Source: Cycas panzhihuaensis (taxonomy: Eukaryota; Plantae; Cycadophyta). Taken from it: a stretch of DNA of 64,000 nucleotides. The number at the start of each line of letters is the position of its first letter. Within the stretch, counting starts at the first letter, position 1. Of the stretch, positions 11,864 to 25,500 are shown piece by piece. Location: the NCBI GenBank assembly GCA_023213395.1, contig CM041465.1, forward strand, positions 221,471,741 to 221,535,740, in the 5' to 3' direction. The notes below the pieces were generated by a model, which was given only the letters and a program-made list of their open reading frames with translations, made no database searches and was not told the origin of the DNA. Position numbers and translations under genes: made by a program.

Positions 11864-14800
11864 CTAGAGCGTGAAGAAGAAGTGCCTCACGAGTGGCTCG
11901 CCGACGGGCGCCACGTGAAATCGCCGGGGAGGCCGAGAAGGTAAAATAAATGGTCGTTTAGGACCGTGGCTCGAGCCATCAGAGAATGAGGAAGAGCGAG
12001 AATATCCGATCGAAATATTCCCCAAGTGCTCGCGAAACCGTGGTGACACGTCGAGGAGAGGGCCCATAACCCTCGCTATCCGAATCGAATCACTCATGGC
12101 GGCTAAGTAGTAACCACCCACGCCAATAGGGGCAAACCTAACTAGGTTTGGCTCATGACGTGGCATAGGCTCGGCCGATGAAGGTCGGTCTCCTCAAACA
12201 AAGGTCCCACGGAAGGGGTAACCTCCTCGTGATCGCTATCTTCATCATCGAAACTGGCAGTTGGATGAGAGGTGTGAGACGGCATTGGCTCACGGCGACA
12301 ACTTTAACTTGTCCTTCATGGACAAATTTAAGTTGCCCCCATTGCGTGGAGCGGTCGCTCCCATCCGGGTCAAGCCATGGTCGGCCCAACAAGAGGTTGT
12401 ACTCCACATCGACATCGAGTACAAAGAACCCGGCGACAGTTTTCCCTCCTAAGGTGAGGGATAGGAGATCGCCCCGGAGGGGACTTCGCCCCATCATACC
12501 CTTGGCATTTCCAAGGACAGACTCAGAGCTACTATGCCTAGCTCCTTGAGCATACGCACAGCATAGCATTAACCGAGGAGCCATTATCTACAATGGTCCT
12601 CTTTACGATACAATCGGGAGTGTCAATGGTAATGACGAATCTGCACGTAAAAGCTTCTCCCGCTTGGGAGATGGGAGATCTCTGGGATCAAATGAGATGA
12701 CAGTGGCCCATGGGAGGTAGCACCTATCGCATGGATGGAAGCATCTTGTTGGCCAAGAGCTTGAGAAGAAGAGCACGTTGCTCGTGGCGGCTTCTCAAGA
12801 CGTCCATCAAGGACATTCCGCAGCCGACGGTGTAGAGCTCGTCAACAATAGAAAAGGGTTTACCCTTCTCTGTGGGTTGGGTAAGGGCTCTCCTAAAGTC
12901 GAATCGACCGGGAGGACGGAATAGTCTTGGGAAGCGCAAGAACCTCCTGAGGAACGGCTCCTAAGAGAATCAAGGTGAGATGTGGATGAAGAGGCACCTA
13001 CGCCTCTTTAGCGCCTTGGGACCCAAGTTAAGGCATATAGCTGAGTGGTCTCAAGCAATTGGACAACCTTCTTTCCCTTATAGCGGACCGGGAGGTGATG
13101 GAGCACTACGGCCGTGGGAGCGCAAAGGGAAGGTGACCTTCGCACACCCTTCCCTACCATGCGAAGGGCGAGGATCGGAGATCTATCCCGATTCTGGTTG
13201 TTTCTTTGTTGAACATCGCGGCCCCGTTCCCCATGCTTGGGGAACGAGTCTCTATGAACAGGCTGATCGAGGTTAGGTCTCGATGCTCGCCTAGGGGACG
13301 AATCGCGGCGGGCGCCGCGGGTGCTGTGCCCGGCAACGCGAATCGTCATGGAAACACTCCCCGTGGATGGAACACCAACTCTTCTCAAGGGGAGGATCGG
13401 TCCTCCTTGCTTGAGAAGACTGGGTGTTACCCCCTTTGGGGGGCATCGCACGAGAAGCTTGCTGAACAGGTCTATGGGAGGTAGGCGACGAAGGAGGTTG
13501 GAGTTTAAGCTCCTTCATCGTTCGCTCAAATGAGCGAATAGCGGAGGTGAGGGGGTCTAGGGTCCTCTCAGTCGGATGAGAGGTGGACCTAGCGGGCTGC
13601 GAAGGTTCGGTTTCCTTCGCTGGGGGAGGCGCCTCACGACGTTGTGAGGGCTTAGGAGGTTTCTTGAGTCCAGCCTGGATCTCAATGGCCTCCAACGTCA
13701 AACACCTCGAAATCGCGGAGTCACACGTGGTTGCCCCCATCTTGAGGACTTCCACATGCACTTCGGGCGTGCATTGACAAAAAGATCCCTCTTCAACTCC
13801 TCAGGCAATGTGGCCTTGGTGGAGTGAAGAAGATCGTGAAAGCGTCGCACAAAGTCACGATTCATCTCATCGTGACCTTGTTTGAGCGACAGAAGCGCCT
13901 TCATTCCGCTTTCGAATGGACGAGCTACGTCAAAGTAGTTGACGAACTCGTCCACTAGCTGTTGGAATGAAGAAATCGAATGGGCAGGAAGGCGGTAGAA
14001 CCACTTGAGGGCGTCGCCCTGCAAGGACCGCGGGAAGAGCTTCATCAAGATATGGTCGTAGGCCCAATAGTCGATGCACGCCATGGAAAAGTTGCGCACA
14101 TGTTCGGTTGGGTCTTGCGACGAAGTCCCGTCAAATTTGGGGACTTCAAGAGGATGAGGCGGCAAGTTAGTCCTCAACGCCTCAACAGACAAGGGCGTCG
14201 ACCTATAGTCCACGAAAGGACGTGTCCTTGCCTGGGCTAAGGGATCGACAACCATCAAAGGGATGGATGGGGATGGCATACCCATCCCTCCCTGGAAAGA
14301 GGCCCCTTGTTAGAAAGGGGCCGCGTAGCAACTCGAAAGGAGGCGCTCCTCAGCCGACGCAGCAGCAGGAGTCGCTACCGGACGTCGGAAACAGAGGGTG
14401 AGGGACCGGTTTTGCCCATATGGGCCACCCGTAGGTGGCGCGACCCCATATGGGTGCAACGTCCACTCCATAGATGTGGAGATGGTTTCCTTACCCCGCC
14501 CCCAAGGTTGTGACGTAGCACAGGGGCACGTAAGAGAAGGACCACCAACCGTGTTACGGACGATGCGGAGTGGGTCCTACATGGCTAAGCGGGCGGCGCT
14601 AGTAGGGCCTCGAGACCTACTAGGGAACACGTCGCCACGTTCGGCGGTGGCACGCGGCTTGGTTTGAACAAGGCATACTAACTCCGAGTTGAGGGAAAGA
14701 TGCGCCGCCGCGTCCCGAGGAAGTGGGACCACGACTAGGGCGCAGGCGCAACACTCCTTTAGGCGCCGGTAGACACGGCATAGGACGTGTCTGCAGGCGG

Positions 14801-15201
14801 GAGCATCAATCGTCGTAGATGACGCGGCATGGATGAGGAAGACGCCACGCTATGTAGCATTTTCGTAAACCATCTAGGAGGTGGATGGCGCGAATCGCTC
14901 GAAAGTACTCGCTGAAAGCACCTCGACCGCTGGCCGGAGGGGTATCCTCATAGCCATACGAGGTCGGGATTTCGAAGTAGGGGATCCTCAGGCGCCTCGT
15001 AAGGCTCGCCAGGTGGGTGGCGGGTCTCACGAGTGGCCGATCTTCCGCCGCATGAGCGAAGGCTCAAAGTCATCTGGATGGAAATGGTCATCCGGTAGTA
15101 GATGGAATCCTCGCCTCACGGTGGATTCCGAGCGGATGAAGGGAACTCTTGAGTTCACGAAGTCATGGCATGGTAGGCCCAATCGGACGGTAACCTTCCA
15201 T
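11864..15201 (-). pseudogene. Frameshifted gag-aspartic protease of C
   Basis: PKFDG...LMKLFPRSLQGDALKWFYRLP (retrotransposon gag), WCSIHGECFHDDSRC knuckle, Ogre-like FSIVDEL...MSLMDVL, IVDNGSSVN catalytic motif at ~12570-12595, and YNLLLGRPWL. Confidence 0.85.
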
Positions 15202-15448
15202 TGCCGAAACAGGGTTCGACGATGGAATGAAACACGACGATTGGTCTTCTAACAACGGCAGCAAACCCCGCAAGCGGCGGGAGAACGTCGCATGCAACGC
15301 CCGCGGCGTTGTTAGAAAAGCGAAAAGGAAAAGAAAGGAAAGCATCGCAAACCCGCTGGGGTCGCCCAACTCAAAACACGAGTGCGAAACTACCTAAAGG
15401 CAAGAGCACCAACACGGCGGGGAAGCGGATCTAGCTCCCTTACCGGCG

Positions 15449-15465
15449 CCCCAAGATGGTCGCCA
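15449..15465 (-). promoter_or_regulatory. Primer-binding site of C (tRNA-Arg-like)
   Basis: TGGCGAC...TGGGG directly after the LTR. Resembles the Ogre-type tRNA-Arg PBS. Confidence 0.65.
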
Positions 15466-17993
15466 TGAAACGCTCTCCGCGGGCAATGATCCAACGCCTA
15501 GCGGAAGGGCATAAAACAATACGCTAAACAAAGCTAAATAGCGAGGATCATACCGCAGACGTCCCGCGGCGCCGAGCGCTGCACGGATCGCAAGGTGCTG
15601 GTTGCTTCCGTGTAGCCGCAAGACGAGGCCTTCCTACCCTTCGGATGGCCGGAAGGAAAAGAATCCTCGGCCGCTACTTCTCAAGGCAATGAGAAGGCGA
15701 CGAGGGCAACCAACCAAAAGTGTAAAGAAAACGGGGTAGAATGCAAATTAGGGATACAAGCAAACAAGCCTTCTATTCCTATGTTATGCAATGTAACAAA
15801 GTAATACGAGAAGGCAAATGTAAAATAAGCTTATTTTCCTTCTTCTTTATGTTCCTTTACCTATCAAAGTAAATGCAAAGAGACATAAAAGCATAAAGGA
15901 AATACGAGAGATACGTGGAAAATACCGGATACGGTCCGAGTAGAACGTTAGTTCCCCTCCTGCTATGCGCCCTTTCCTCCTCCCGCATGCAACGCCGATC
16001 GCAGACAACGAGCAGGGTGCACTTACCTCCCCAAAAGCATGCAAGGACTAAACGAAATGAAAGAAACGAAAGCAAAGCTCAACCGAAAAGGGAGAAGAAA
16101 TACCATATGGGGGCCGACCGGCAACGGGTCGATCTCCCGCAATGATTCCTCCAACGCAATCCTGCAAACAATCCCAACAAACGCCTTCCTCTCGGGAGAG
16201 AGGCTACGAAGCACAACAAGATATATGTGTATATACTGAAAATGAAATCAACTACGCTAGAAAAATGTAGTTAAGCACCAACATGTAACGAAAATGAAAC
16301 AAGGCCGCGCGATAAATATGCGGACTGTCGTACACCATAAAACGCACCAAATGGGATTGAGTGTAGCCTCGGGATGGCTAACTCACCCACGAGAGGTCTC
16401 CACAGGGTATAGGGAAAACAGTGCTAGCATGCAACAAGGTGAGTCATGTAGTAACAAATTTCCTACACCAAGAGGGAAACTCAACCCAACTCTCCAAGGC
16501 TTCCCTAGCTCCGTTTCCTAAGAAAGCACGGGTGCTAAAGGGGGAGAGGATAAGGGACGGAACCCTTGGGGAGAAGGACGGCAATGGGGGACGGAACCCC
16601 GCCTATCTCCCTCAAATCCTCGTGAAAACCCTTTATGCCGGCTAGCTTAGGAAATGGCGAAGGAGGAAGCTAAGAGGAAGAGGATGGGATTCGAGGAAAT
16701 GCAAGAAAATGCACCCAATCTAGGGCAGCACTATAGTAAGCCGCAACTAGCTAAGGTTACTTGCATCAAATGACAAAGGAGATCCCAAAGAAAGCACACA
16801 CAAAAGAAGGAGAAGAGCTTGCAAGTAAAATAACAAAAAAACAAGGAAAAATGCACCAACAAGAGACAAGAAATACCTTGAATGAAGGAGAGCATGCATG
16901 CATGCACCTTGGCTACTTGGAGCAAAGAAGACAAACAATGTCTAAAGGTCGGTTTTAAGTGTCCTTTGCAAGAAGATGGAAGGAGGAAGCTCCGTGCAAG
17001 ATGGGAGCTAGAAGTTGTCCTTTGGAGTAGTCTTTTTTGTGAAGAAATGCCTTGGAACTTTGAGTATTTGTGAGAGAAGGTGAAGCTTGTGGTGGAGAAA
17101 CGTAGGGGGCAGCAATGGCCCTGCAACTCCAGCTGGTAGTAGCCCACTTCACCTCTGCTCAACTGCTGTACATGAAAATCCTTAGTTTCTGTGTTTTCCT
17201 TTGTCTTTTAGTAGAGAGTTTTTGCTTGGAAGTCTAGAAAAGTGAACTCAAGAATGAGGCAAATGAATGAAAAAAGGGTTTTTATGCCTTGGGCATAGCA
17301 AGTGAACGTTGGGGGCCCTCGGGCGCCTCCAACCGTTCGGAGCCACGGCCGATTCACAAAAACCAGCCATCGTCACAGGTTTCTTTTCAAATTTTAAACA
17401 GTCGTACCGCGGCAAACTTCGCGGTACCGCTAAGTTTACCGCGGTACCGCTGCAAACTTTGTGGTACCGCTAAGTTTGCTGCGGTACAGCCTGAAATTTG
17501 AAAAAAGAGAAAAATACAACATAAAAGTCATAAAAATCAGCTTTTTAAGGTAAGAACAAGGGCTGAACATGAATTAAATCAACTGGGGGAAGGCCCAGGC
17601 AGTGGGCAAGTACTCAAAATGGTGCAAAGAGCCCCAACTAAGGGTTAAACCAGGCTTAGGAAGGGTTTGCAACATAAGTGGCACGCTGTAACAAGAGCAA
17701 ACAGGCTGGCAAAAGCATCCCGAAAGACCATGGAGACATCGTGAGTGGGTCAGACGCCATACAGGGTGTCGCATCCGCTTATGGATGCCCCCGCTGTGAG
17801 TCGTCATAGGCTAAAGGGTGCCGTTAGGCACATGCATTATGAGCAAGCAGTCAAGCAAATGCGTGTAGGCAGGCATATGTCAATCAAATTACTCCAAATT
17901 ACCTTAGCAATCATAAGTAAGAAAAGTGAAAACATATACCTGAACAAACCTGTGTCGATGCGTCCGGAGTCCATTCCCACTAGCTGGGAAACA
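15466..17993 (-). repeat. 5' LTR of element C
   Basis: Long direct repeat of 8032-10567, adjacent to the PBS. Confidence 0.93.
17404..17487. repeat. Palindromic GGTACC array in U3 of C (second copy at 9973-10057)
   Basis: GTAC at 17404, 17424, 17444, 17464 and 17484. Near-perfect 44-bp palindrome at 17404-17447. Confidence 0.85.
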
Positions 17994-20900
17994 CATACCA
18001 ACAACAATGAAGGTTGGTACATAGATTTTGGAGCATCCAATCATATGGTAGAAAGGAAATATTGGTTTAAGATGCTAAGACCATAATTTCTCAACAAAAC
18101 TGTTGAACTTGGTAATAACTTTCCTTTACAAATTAAAGGGAAAAGAACAATTGAAATCTTAATCAATGATAAGGTTAAAAAAAATCAGAGAAGTTCTCTA
18201 TGTCCCAGGCCTAAAAGGGAGTCTCTTGTTTGTATGCCAATTAAAAAAAAAGAGGCTTAGAGTTATCTTTTAATGAATATGGAAGGTGTCTCATCTATGA
18301 TATGAAAAATAATGGCATCGTAATAGCAAAAGGAATTGAAATTGACAATCTTTATAAATTGGCTCCCACTCATATTTTGTCTGCTCCATTTATAAAATAT
18401 CTTGTTGTTAACAGCTCTATCGATGAAATTTGGCATTCAAAGTATGGACACATTACAAATAGACAATTATAATTATTAAAAAATTTGAATGTGGTGAATG
18501 GTCTTCCCAATATGTCCTTTGATTCTTTTATATGCAAAAGTTGTATGGTTGGCAAATGACACCGAGCTCCATTCTATAAAAAAATGTGGAGAGCACAGAA
18601 AAGGTTAGAATTGGTCCATACATATCTATGTGGACCAATAACACTAAATTCAATTAATGGCATAAGGTATTTTCTTACCTTTATCGATCATTTTTCCAAA
18701 AGAACCTGGGTTTTATTTTCTTTTTAGTAAATTAGAAGTCTTGGATTACTTCAAGTAGTTTAAAGCACAAGTAGAATTAGAAAGTGAATGCAAAATCAAA
18801 ATTCTTCAATGCGATAAGGGAGGAGAATACGTTTCAATTGATTTTTGTCATTTTTGGAAGATAAATAGGACATAGAAACAAGTCAGTACACCATATATGC
18901 CATAGTCAATGGAGTAGTTAAATGAATGAACGGGACAATAATAAAAATAGTTCAAAGTATAATAAATGAAAGAGCAGTAACAAAGGCATAATGGACTGAA
19001 GTAGTTAACACAATAATACATCTTATTAACCAAAGTCCTACCCAAGTTTTAGACAAGACAACTCTTAAAGAAGTATGGATCAGAAGAAAACCAGATGTAA
19101 GTCATCTTAAAATCTTCAGCAGTAAAGCTTATGTTCATATTCTTGATAAAAAAAGAAATAAGCTAGATGATAAAAGTATTGAACACATTATGATTGGATA
19201 CAGTAACAAATCTAAGGCATACTGATGAATAGATCCAAAGACAGACAAAATTGTTAATAGGGATATAACTTTTGATGAACATACAAATTAAAAAGATAAA
19301 ATAATACAAAGATAGGCTAAAGAAAATACACAAACAAATGTCCTGGTTGAAAAAAATTTTGAAGTCACTACAATAGAAAAAGTTACATTAGAAAGTGAAC
19401 TTTAGGAAGAAAGTGAACAAGGCATCTTTGAGCAATAACAAGTTCCGTCTAAAGTTGAACAAAATTCCTCTAAAAATGAACAAGATACTTCTCAAAGAAT
19501 CAATGATATAGCACCAAAGAAATTACCAAGTGGTACATCAGGACTCTTAAATAATCAAAAGGTAATATTTTTGAACAAAGAATTAGATCACAAAAACATC
19601 AAAGTTTAATGTATTTTATTGAACCACAAAGTTATTCATAAGTGTGTGATCACCTAGAATGGTAGAAGGCTATGGATGCTGAAATCAATGCTATCAAGAA
19701 AAATAGGACTTGGGAACTAATTGATGCTCCCAAAGATAAACCCATTATTGGTTGCAAATGGGTATATAAAATAAAAGAAAAATCTGATAGGACCATTGAA
19801 AAATACAAGGTAAGACTAGTAGCAAAAGGTTACACTCAAACTGCAAGTATTGATTACGAAGAAACCTTTTTACCATTAGCTAAATTGATAACTGTGCAAA
19901 TGGTTATAGCCATAACAACACAATTCAAATGGAACATCATATGACTTGATGTTAAAAGTGCCTTTCTAAATGATGATTTAAATGAAGAAGTATATATGTA
20001 GCAACTAACAGGATATACAAAAAAGGGTGAACAACATCTTGTTTGCAAGCTGAAAAAGGCCTTGTATAGTTTAAAACCAGCACCCAGAACATGGTATGCA
20101 AAATTGGATCAACATCTAGACCAAAAAGGTTTCTATAGATGTGACTCTGATTCTAGTTTGTACGTTAAAACAAACAAAAACAATTTAATAACTATCATCG
20201 TAGTCTATGTAGATGATATGATAGTTATAGGAAATGATGATGATACAATTTATAAAATCAAGTTATAGATGGAAAAGGAATTTGAAATGACAAATATGGG
20301 TCTACTTCATTACTATTTTGGTATTGAAGTTAGTCAACAAAAGGATTCTATTTTTATATCCCTGACAAAATATATAAAAAATCTTCCTCAAAATTTTAGA
20401 ATGGAGAATTGCAACAGTTGTGTCACTCAAATGGAAACAGGGTGTGTATTGACTATTGATGATGATGGACAACCAGTGGATGAAACCTTGTACAAACAAT
20501 TAATAGGTAGTCTTATCTACCTTACAACCACCGAAACTAATATTTCATATTCAGTCAAAATTATTTCCAAATATATGCAACATCAAAAGATTTCTCATTG
20601 GAATGCTACTAAGAGGATTCTCAAGTACATTAAAGGTACTTCAAAAATGGGTCTTAACTATATCAAAGCTTTGAATCTTTAGCTAATTGGCTATAGTGAC
20701 TCAGAATAGGCTAGGGATTGACAAGAAAGAAAATCCACAACGGTTTATTGTTTCTCACTTGGATTTGTTGTTACTTCATGGAATAGTAAGAAACAACCCA
20801 CTATAGCCCTATCATCCACCGAGGCAAAATACAAGGCAACTATTAGTGCAACATGTGAAGTAGTATGGATTAGACAACTGTTTAAAGATTTAAAGCAACA

Positions 20901-21168
20901 ATAGAGCCAACCCACCTCTATTTTTTGTGATAATCAAAGCATTATCAAAATGACAAAGAATCCAATGTTTCCTGCCAGAACGAAACACATTGAAGTCCAG
21001 CATCACTTTATCAGAGAAAAAGTATAAGCTAAAGAGATAGATCTATTATACTATACTAGTGAAGAACAACTTGCTGACATTTTTACAAAGCCATTGCTAA
21101 AGGACAAATTCCAATACTTCAAGCATCTACTTGGTTTTAAAGACAAAAGATAAAACCTTAAGAGAGGG

Positions 21169-21376
21169 TGTTAGAGAAATAACGCTTTACCTTTTGTATG
21201 TATGTACTCTAAAGTTAACTTAAGGGTTATGTGTCCAACCCCTCTTTAATGTACTGATGACACTTAGCCTACATGCATAGGCCTTCATATGTGCACATGA
21301 CGTATTTATACGAGAGAATTTCTCTTTCATTAATGAACTAAGGTATTTTCTTCATCTATTCAAAGTTGTTCTAACA
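21169..21376 (+). repeat. 3' LTR of element B
   Basis: Direct repeat of 6099-6300. Confidence 0.92.
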
Positions 21377-22536
21377 TATGTTTGTCTTGAAAATGGTATC
21401 TATAAAACTATAAAAATGTGTTTCATATTCTTGGACTTGTTAGAAATTTGCTATCAATGAGTATCACCTCAAATGTTGGATTCAAAGTTAAGTTTGACAG
21501 CAAGGAGTGTGTGCTGGTCAATGTTAAAGGGCAAGTGGTTGCAAAAGGTTTTAGGATGGGGAGCTTGTGCAAATTGTTGGGTTCTTTAGTGCTTACAGTT
21601 GAAGTTGTAAATGTGGCTAAAGTTAGTAAGATCAACCTATGGCATAAGACTTGGACATCTTAGCATAGAAAGTTTGAAAGAGATGCAACAATGCTAGCTT
21701 AGCCTTGACTTGGTTCTTGAAGATAATGTAGACATAAAGTCTTTCCAAGCTTGCATTTGTGGCAAGCAACATAGATGAGAATTCCCACAAAAAAGTGCCA
21801 AGAGAGCCAAGGAATTGTTGGAACTCATCCATAGAAATATATGTGGATCGACAACATCATGTGGTGGGGTTCAGTACTTATTCACCTTCATTGATGACTT
21901 TTCTAGAAATAACATTGCATATTTCATTAAAGCAAAGTTAGAGATCTTGAAGAAGTTTAAAGTGTTTAAGGTAATGTTTGAGAACTAAACCAAGAAGGCA
22001 ATTAAAACATGCCTAGTAGATTATTTAGCAAATAATAATAAAATATTCTAATAGATAATAGCAATTAGTTTAGTAGATTATGAAAGACTTTAGGTACAGT
22101 AATGCCAAGTGTATATTGTATTCAGAAATATAGCAAATGACAAATGAACACAATAATAAAAGATAACAAAGAAGTGCCCAAATGGAATCAATCCATTATT
22201 AAACAAAAAGGGCCATGATATTTCATAAGACTCCACTTTCTTTATATACACCTTTATTGTTGAGGTTGACATCAATAATTAATAAAATATTAGCAAAAGG
22301 AACCAACCTCCTTTTTCCATTTGGCTTGTTACAATTCCTCCCTCCTTATTTGCAAAGTTGGTAATAATGATAGCTCTTTTGACACACTAATTGGTTTCTC
22401 AAAGAATCTCTACTGTTGTTTGTTTTTATTTAGGTCCATGACATCCTCCTCCTTTTTGGAATGCTTTGCCCACAAAGGGTGGAAAAAGGTGGCATCAAAC
22501 AACCACCTACTAAAGCCAATATGTCATAGGAGTTTG

Positions 22537-25500
22537 TGTTAGAAGTAATGTCCATTCACATTAAATGTTCACTTAAGTTCGGTTATTATGTTATTATAAT
22601 ATTTTTTTCACATGTAATATTCCTACACAAGCCATTAATGAAGGAGATTAAAAGAAGTCAAATAGGTGATTAAGTGCCCACCTTAAAATAAGGTAGACCA
22701 TTAATGAACATGTAAGATATGTAGCTATATGTATGTCTAATGTAATTCACTATCTGAAATCAATGAGATTTTGGAGAGTTGTGATTCACTATTATTTTCT
22801 CATCTCTTACACCTTTTGCATGTGGCTAATGCTATGAATTCTACTCCTATCCACCTTCTCTGACTTGGGATTAGAGCTCGCATTGAGTGTTATCATCATA
22901 TGGTTGTCTTAGGCATTGTTGGGTGCTTTTATTGGTGAGATTCCTCATGTACAACACTTCTTGATGGCGTATATGGCTATGTTGGCATGTACAACTCTTC
23001 TCTTGTGCGTGTACGACCCTTGTGGGCATATTACAGCTCTCCATGGGCACTCTTTACTCTCTGCGAGGTCTATTTTGCCTCTTGTGGCCATAAAACTCTA
23101 TTTTTTGGTGTAAGTTTTCATCTGGTGGCATCCTCTCAGTATGCACATTCTGTGACACATTCTTTGTGAAGAATTTGCTTACCCAAGCAATTTTCTTTTT
23201 TATCACCTATGCTCTCGATCAACTGTGTGCCCACATGAACACTGAAGGACGAATTGCTAGCAAAATATTGCATGAAACCCTAGACATAGGGCACTCAATA
23301 TGATTGTTGCAATATCAAGAATCTGCACCTGAAGGTTCATTAGAATTTGACACCTGTGGTGTGAAAAATCACAATTTGAAGGTGAAAAAAATTGTCACTT
23401 GACCTACATGATTATTTATTTGAGAAAAATTAAAATTTTTTCTAAAATTTATAACTTTATGTTATACAACTGGGAATATTGAAAGAATATTCTTATTTTA
23501 ACTTAACTTTTAGTCTAAAGTTAAGTTGTTTAAAGGTATCTTATCCTTTATTTAATCATTTTGACCTTTTAAAAGAGCTTTTCACTATAAGTTTTTGCCT
23601 TTTTAAAGCTCGATTTCTGTTTAGAGTCCCTAAGTAATAATTTTTACTCACACTTGCAGTGATTTAATATTGGTTTGCAAGTGTTTCTCTTTTTTTAAAG
23701 TGTTTTCATCATGTCTTCTATGAATATTGTTTATGAATATTATTGGCTATATTTTGCCAGAATCACATAAATTGGATAAAAAAATAATATAATTTAGAAA
23801 TTTAAAATTTCTAACATCTTAACCTTACATGGGCTAAAAGAAGTTGTTGAAGGAACAGACACTAAGCCAAAAACTAAACCAGTTGATAACCTTGAAGTAG
23901 TAGCTTGGGAAGATAGAAATCTTGGAGCACTGGCAATCATTAATTTGTCAATATTGGATGAGTTGATTACTCATCTTCAATGTAAGGATTCTATAGCTGA
24001 AGTATAGAAGATTTTTAAGGAGTTGTTCGAGATGAAGATTGAGACAAGAGCCTTATATCTTCATAATCTTCTCTATTCCTATAAAATGCCCATTACTAAC
24101 TCGATCTCTTCTCATTTGCAAAAATTGAGAGAGATGAGAGAAAAAATTGTTGTTCAAGGTAAAAATGTTGAAGATAAAGAGTTGATCAACATCACTCTAA
24201 ATAGCCTGCATGAAGGCTATCACATCTTTGTAACAAGTTTGTGTCTCACAAGCCAAATTGCGCCACTTTCTTTTGATGAGTTGCGTAGCTTATTATTGCA
24301 TAAAGAGTAATGGATTGAGTTTTATGGTGTTAAAGGCAGTAGTACAATAGTTCTTTCATTAAAAAAAAAAAAAAACACTAAATAATCCTCCCAAACAACA
24401 ATCACAAAGCAACAACAGTAGAAACAATTCATAAACATTAAAACATGATATTGTTAGCAAATATTATAGTAAAAAGGACATTTAGAGAAACAATGTTGGA
24501 AGTAGAAAGTAAATAAAAAGAAAAACACTTCTGCTTTATTTGCAAATGATGATGATAGTGTTTGTTTTTAACATTACAAATCCAAATTTATGGAAGTGGT
24601 ATGTAGACTCTAGTGCATCTAAACATATCACTTACTTGGAAGATTGCGAACTTCCTCCTATTGTACTTGGCAAAAATAGTCAACATCAAGTTATGGGATG
24701 TGGCACCATCAATATTCATCAATTTGAATATGGGACATTCAAGGTTTTAAATGTTTTGCTTGCACCCTCCTTCAAGCACAATTTGCTTTCTATTACTTGT
24801 GTCACTAAACAAAAAGTTAAAGTAGAGTTTAATGAGTCAAAGTGTCTCACGAAGATGTTGTAATAGTTCAAGGTGTTAAAGAGAATGTGTTTATAAATTC
24901 TTTGTCACATATGAGCACGGTCTTATTGCATGTAATTCTATTGACACTTCATGGCATGATTGTTATGGTTATTTGAATTACTCTAGTCTTCAGCCAGCTT
25001 ATGAATAGATTGAGAATGGTAGTTGATTCACCATTAGTGAAAAAGATTGACAAAGTCTATGAAGCATGTGCACTTGAGAAGCTGCATCAGAACCTTTTCA
25101 GACGTCCAAGTGGTGAGCTAAGGAAAAGTTAGAGTTGATTGACTCTAACTTATGTGGGCCTAATTTCACCATCTTCATATGGAGGAGAACATAATCTCAT
25201 CACTTTTATTGATAACTATACCAAAAAATATTGGGTATATCTTCTTAATCATAAATCATATGTTTTTGCAAGATCTAAAGAATTCAAGGTTGAAGATGAA
25301 AATTTAGAGGGGAGTATCTTTTTTCTAAATTCACTAATTTCTATAGAAGTCATGGAATCTAGCATCAATTTACAATAGCGTACACTTCACAACAGAAGGG
25401 CATAGCAAAGCGAAAGAATCATACCATTCTTGAAATGACATGATGTATAATGAAGGCAAAAGTTAATACAATTGTTTACTTGTTGAATATAAGTCCTATT

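Larger units (their letters stand above)
8032..17993 (-). mobile_element. Element C: young non-autonomous Ty3/Gypsy (Ogre/Tat-like), gag+protease only, 2.5-kb LTRs
   Basis: TG..CA ends, perfect TSD CATAC (8027-8031/17994-17998), and PBS TGGCGACCATCTTGGGG. Gag and protease lie on the minus strand. No RT, RH or INT in the 4.9-kb interior. Confidence 0.92.
7009..21150 (+). pseudogene. Copia gag-pol of B, split by element C at 8032-17993
   Basis: UBN2-type gag, two CCHC-like knuckles at ~7810-7915, WYIDFGAS protease at ~18014, integrase, RT (YVDD), and RNase H (ADIFTK). Many stops and frameshifts. Confidence 0.88.
6099..21376 (+). mobile_element. Element B: full-length degenerate Ty1/Copia inserted in A
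   Basis: TG..CA LTRs, TSD TATGT (6094-6098/21377-21381), degenerate Met-PBS TGGTATTATAG at 6301, PPT AAGAGAGGG before 21169, and gag-PR-INT-RT-RH order. Confidence 0.93.

Noticed and set aside
8032-17993. Hammerhead/retrozyme in element C
   Set aside because: No CTGAnGA...GAAA core with flanking stems was found by eye.
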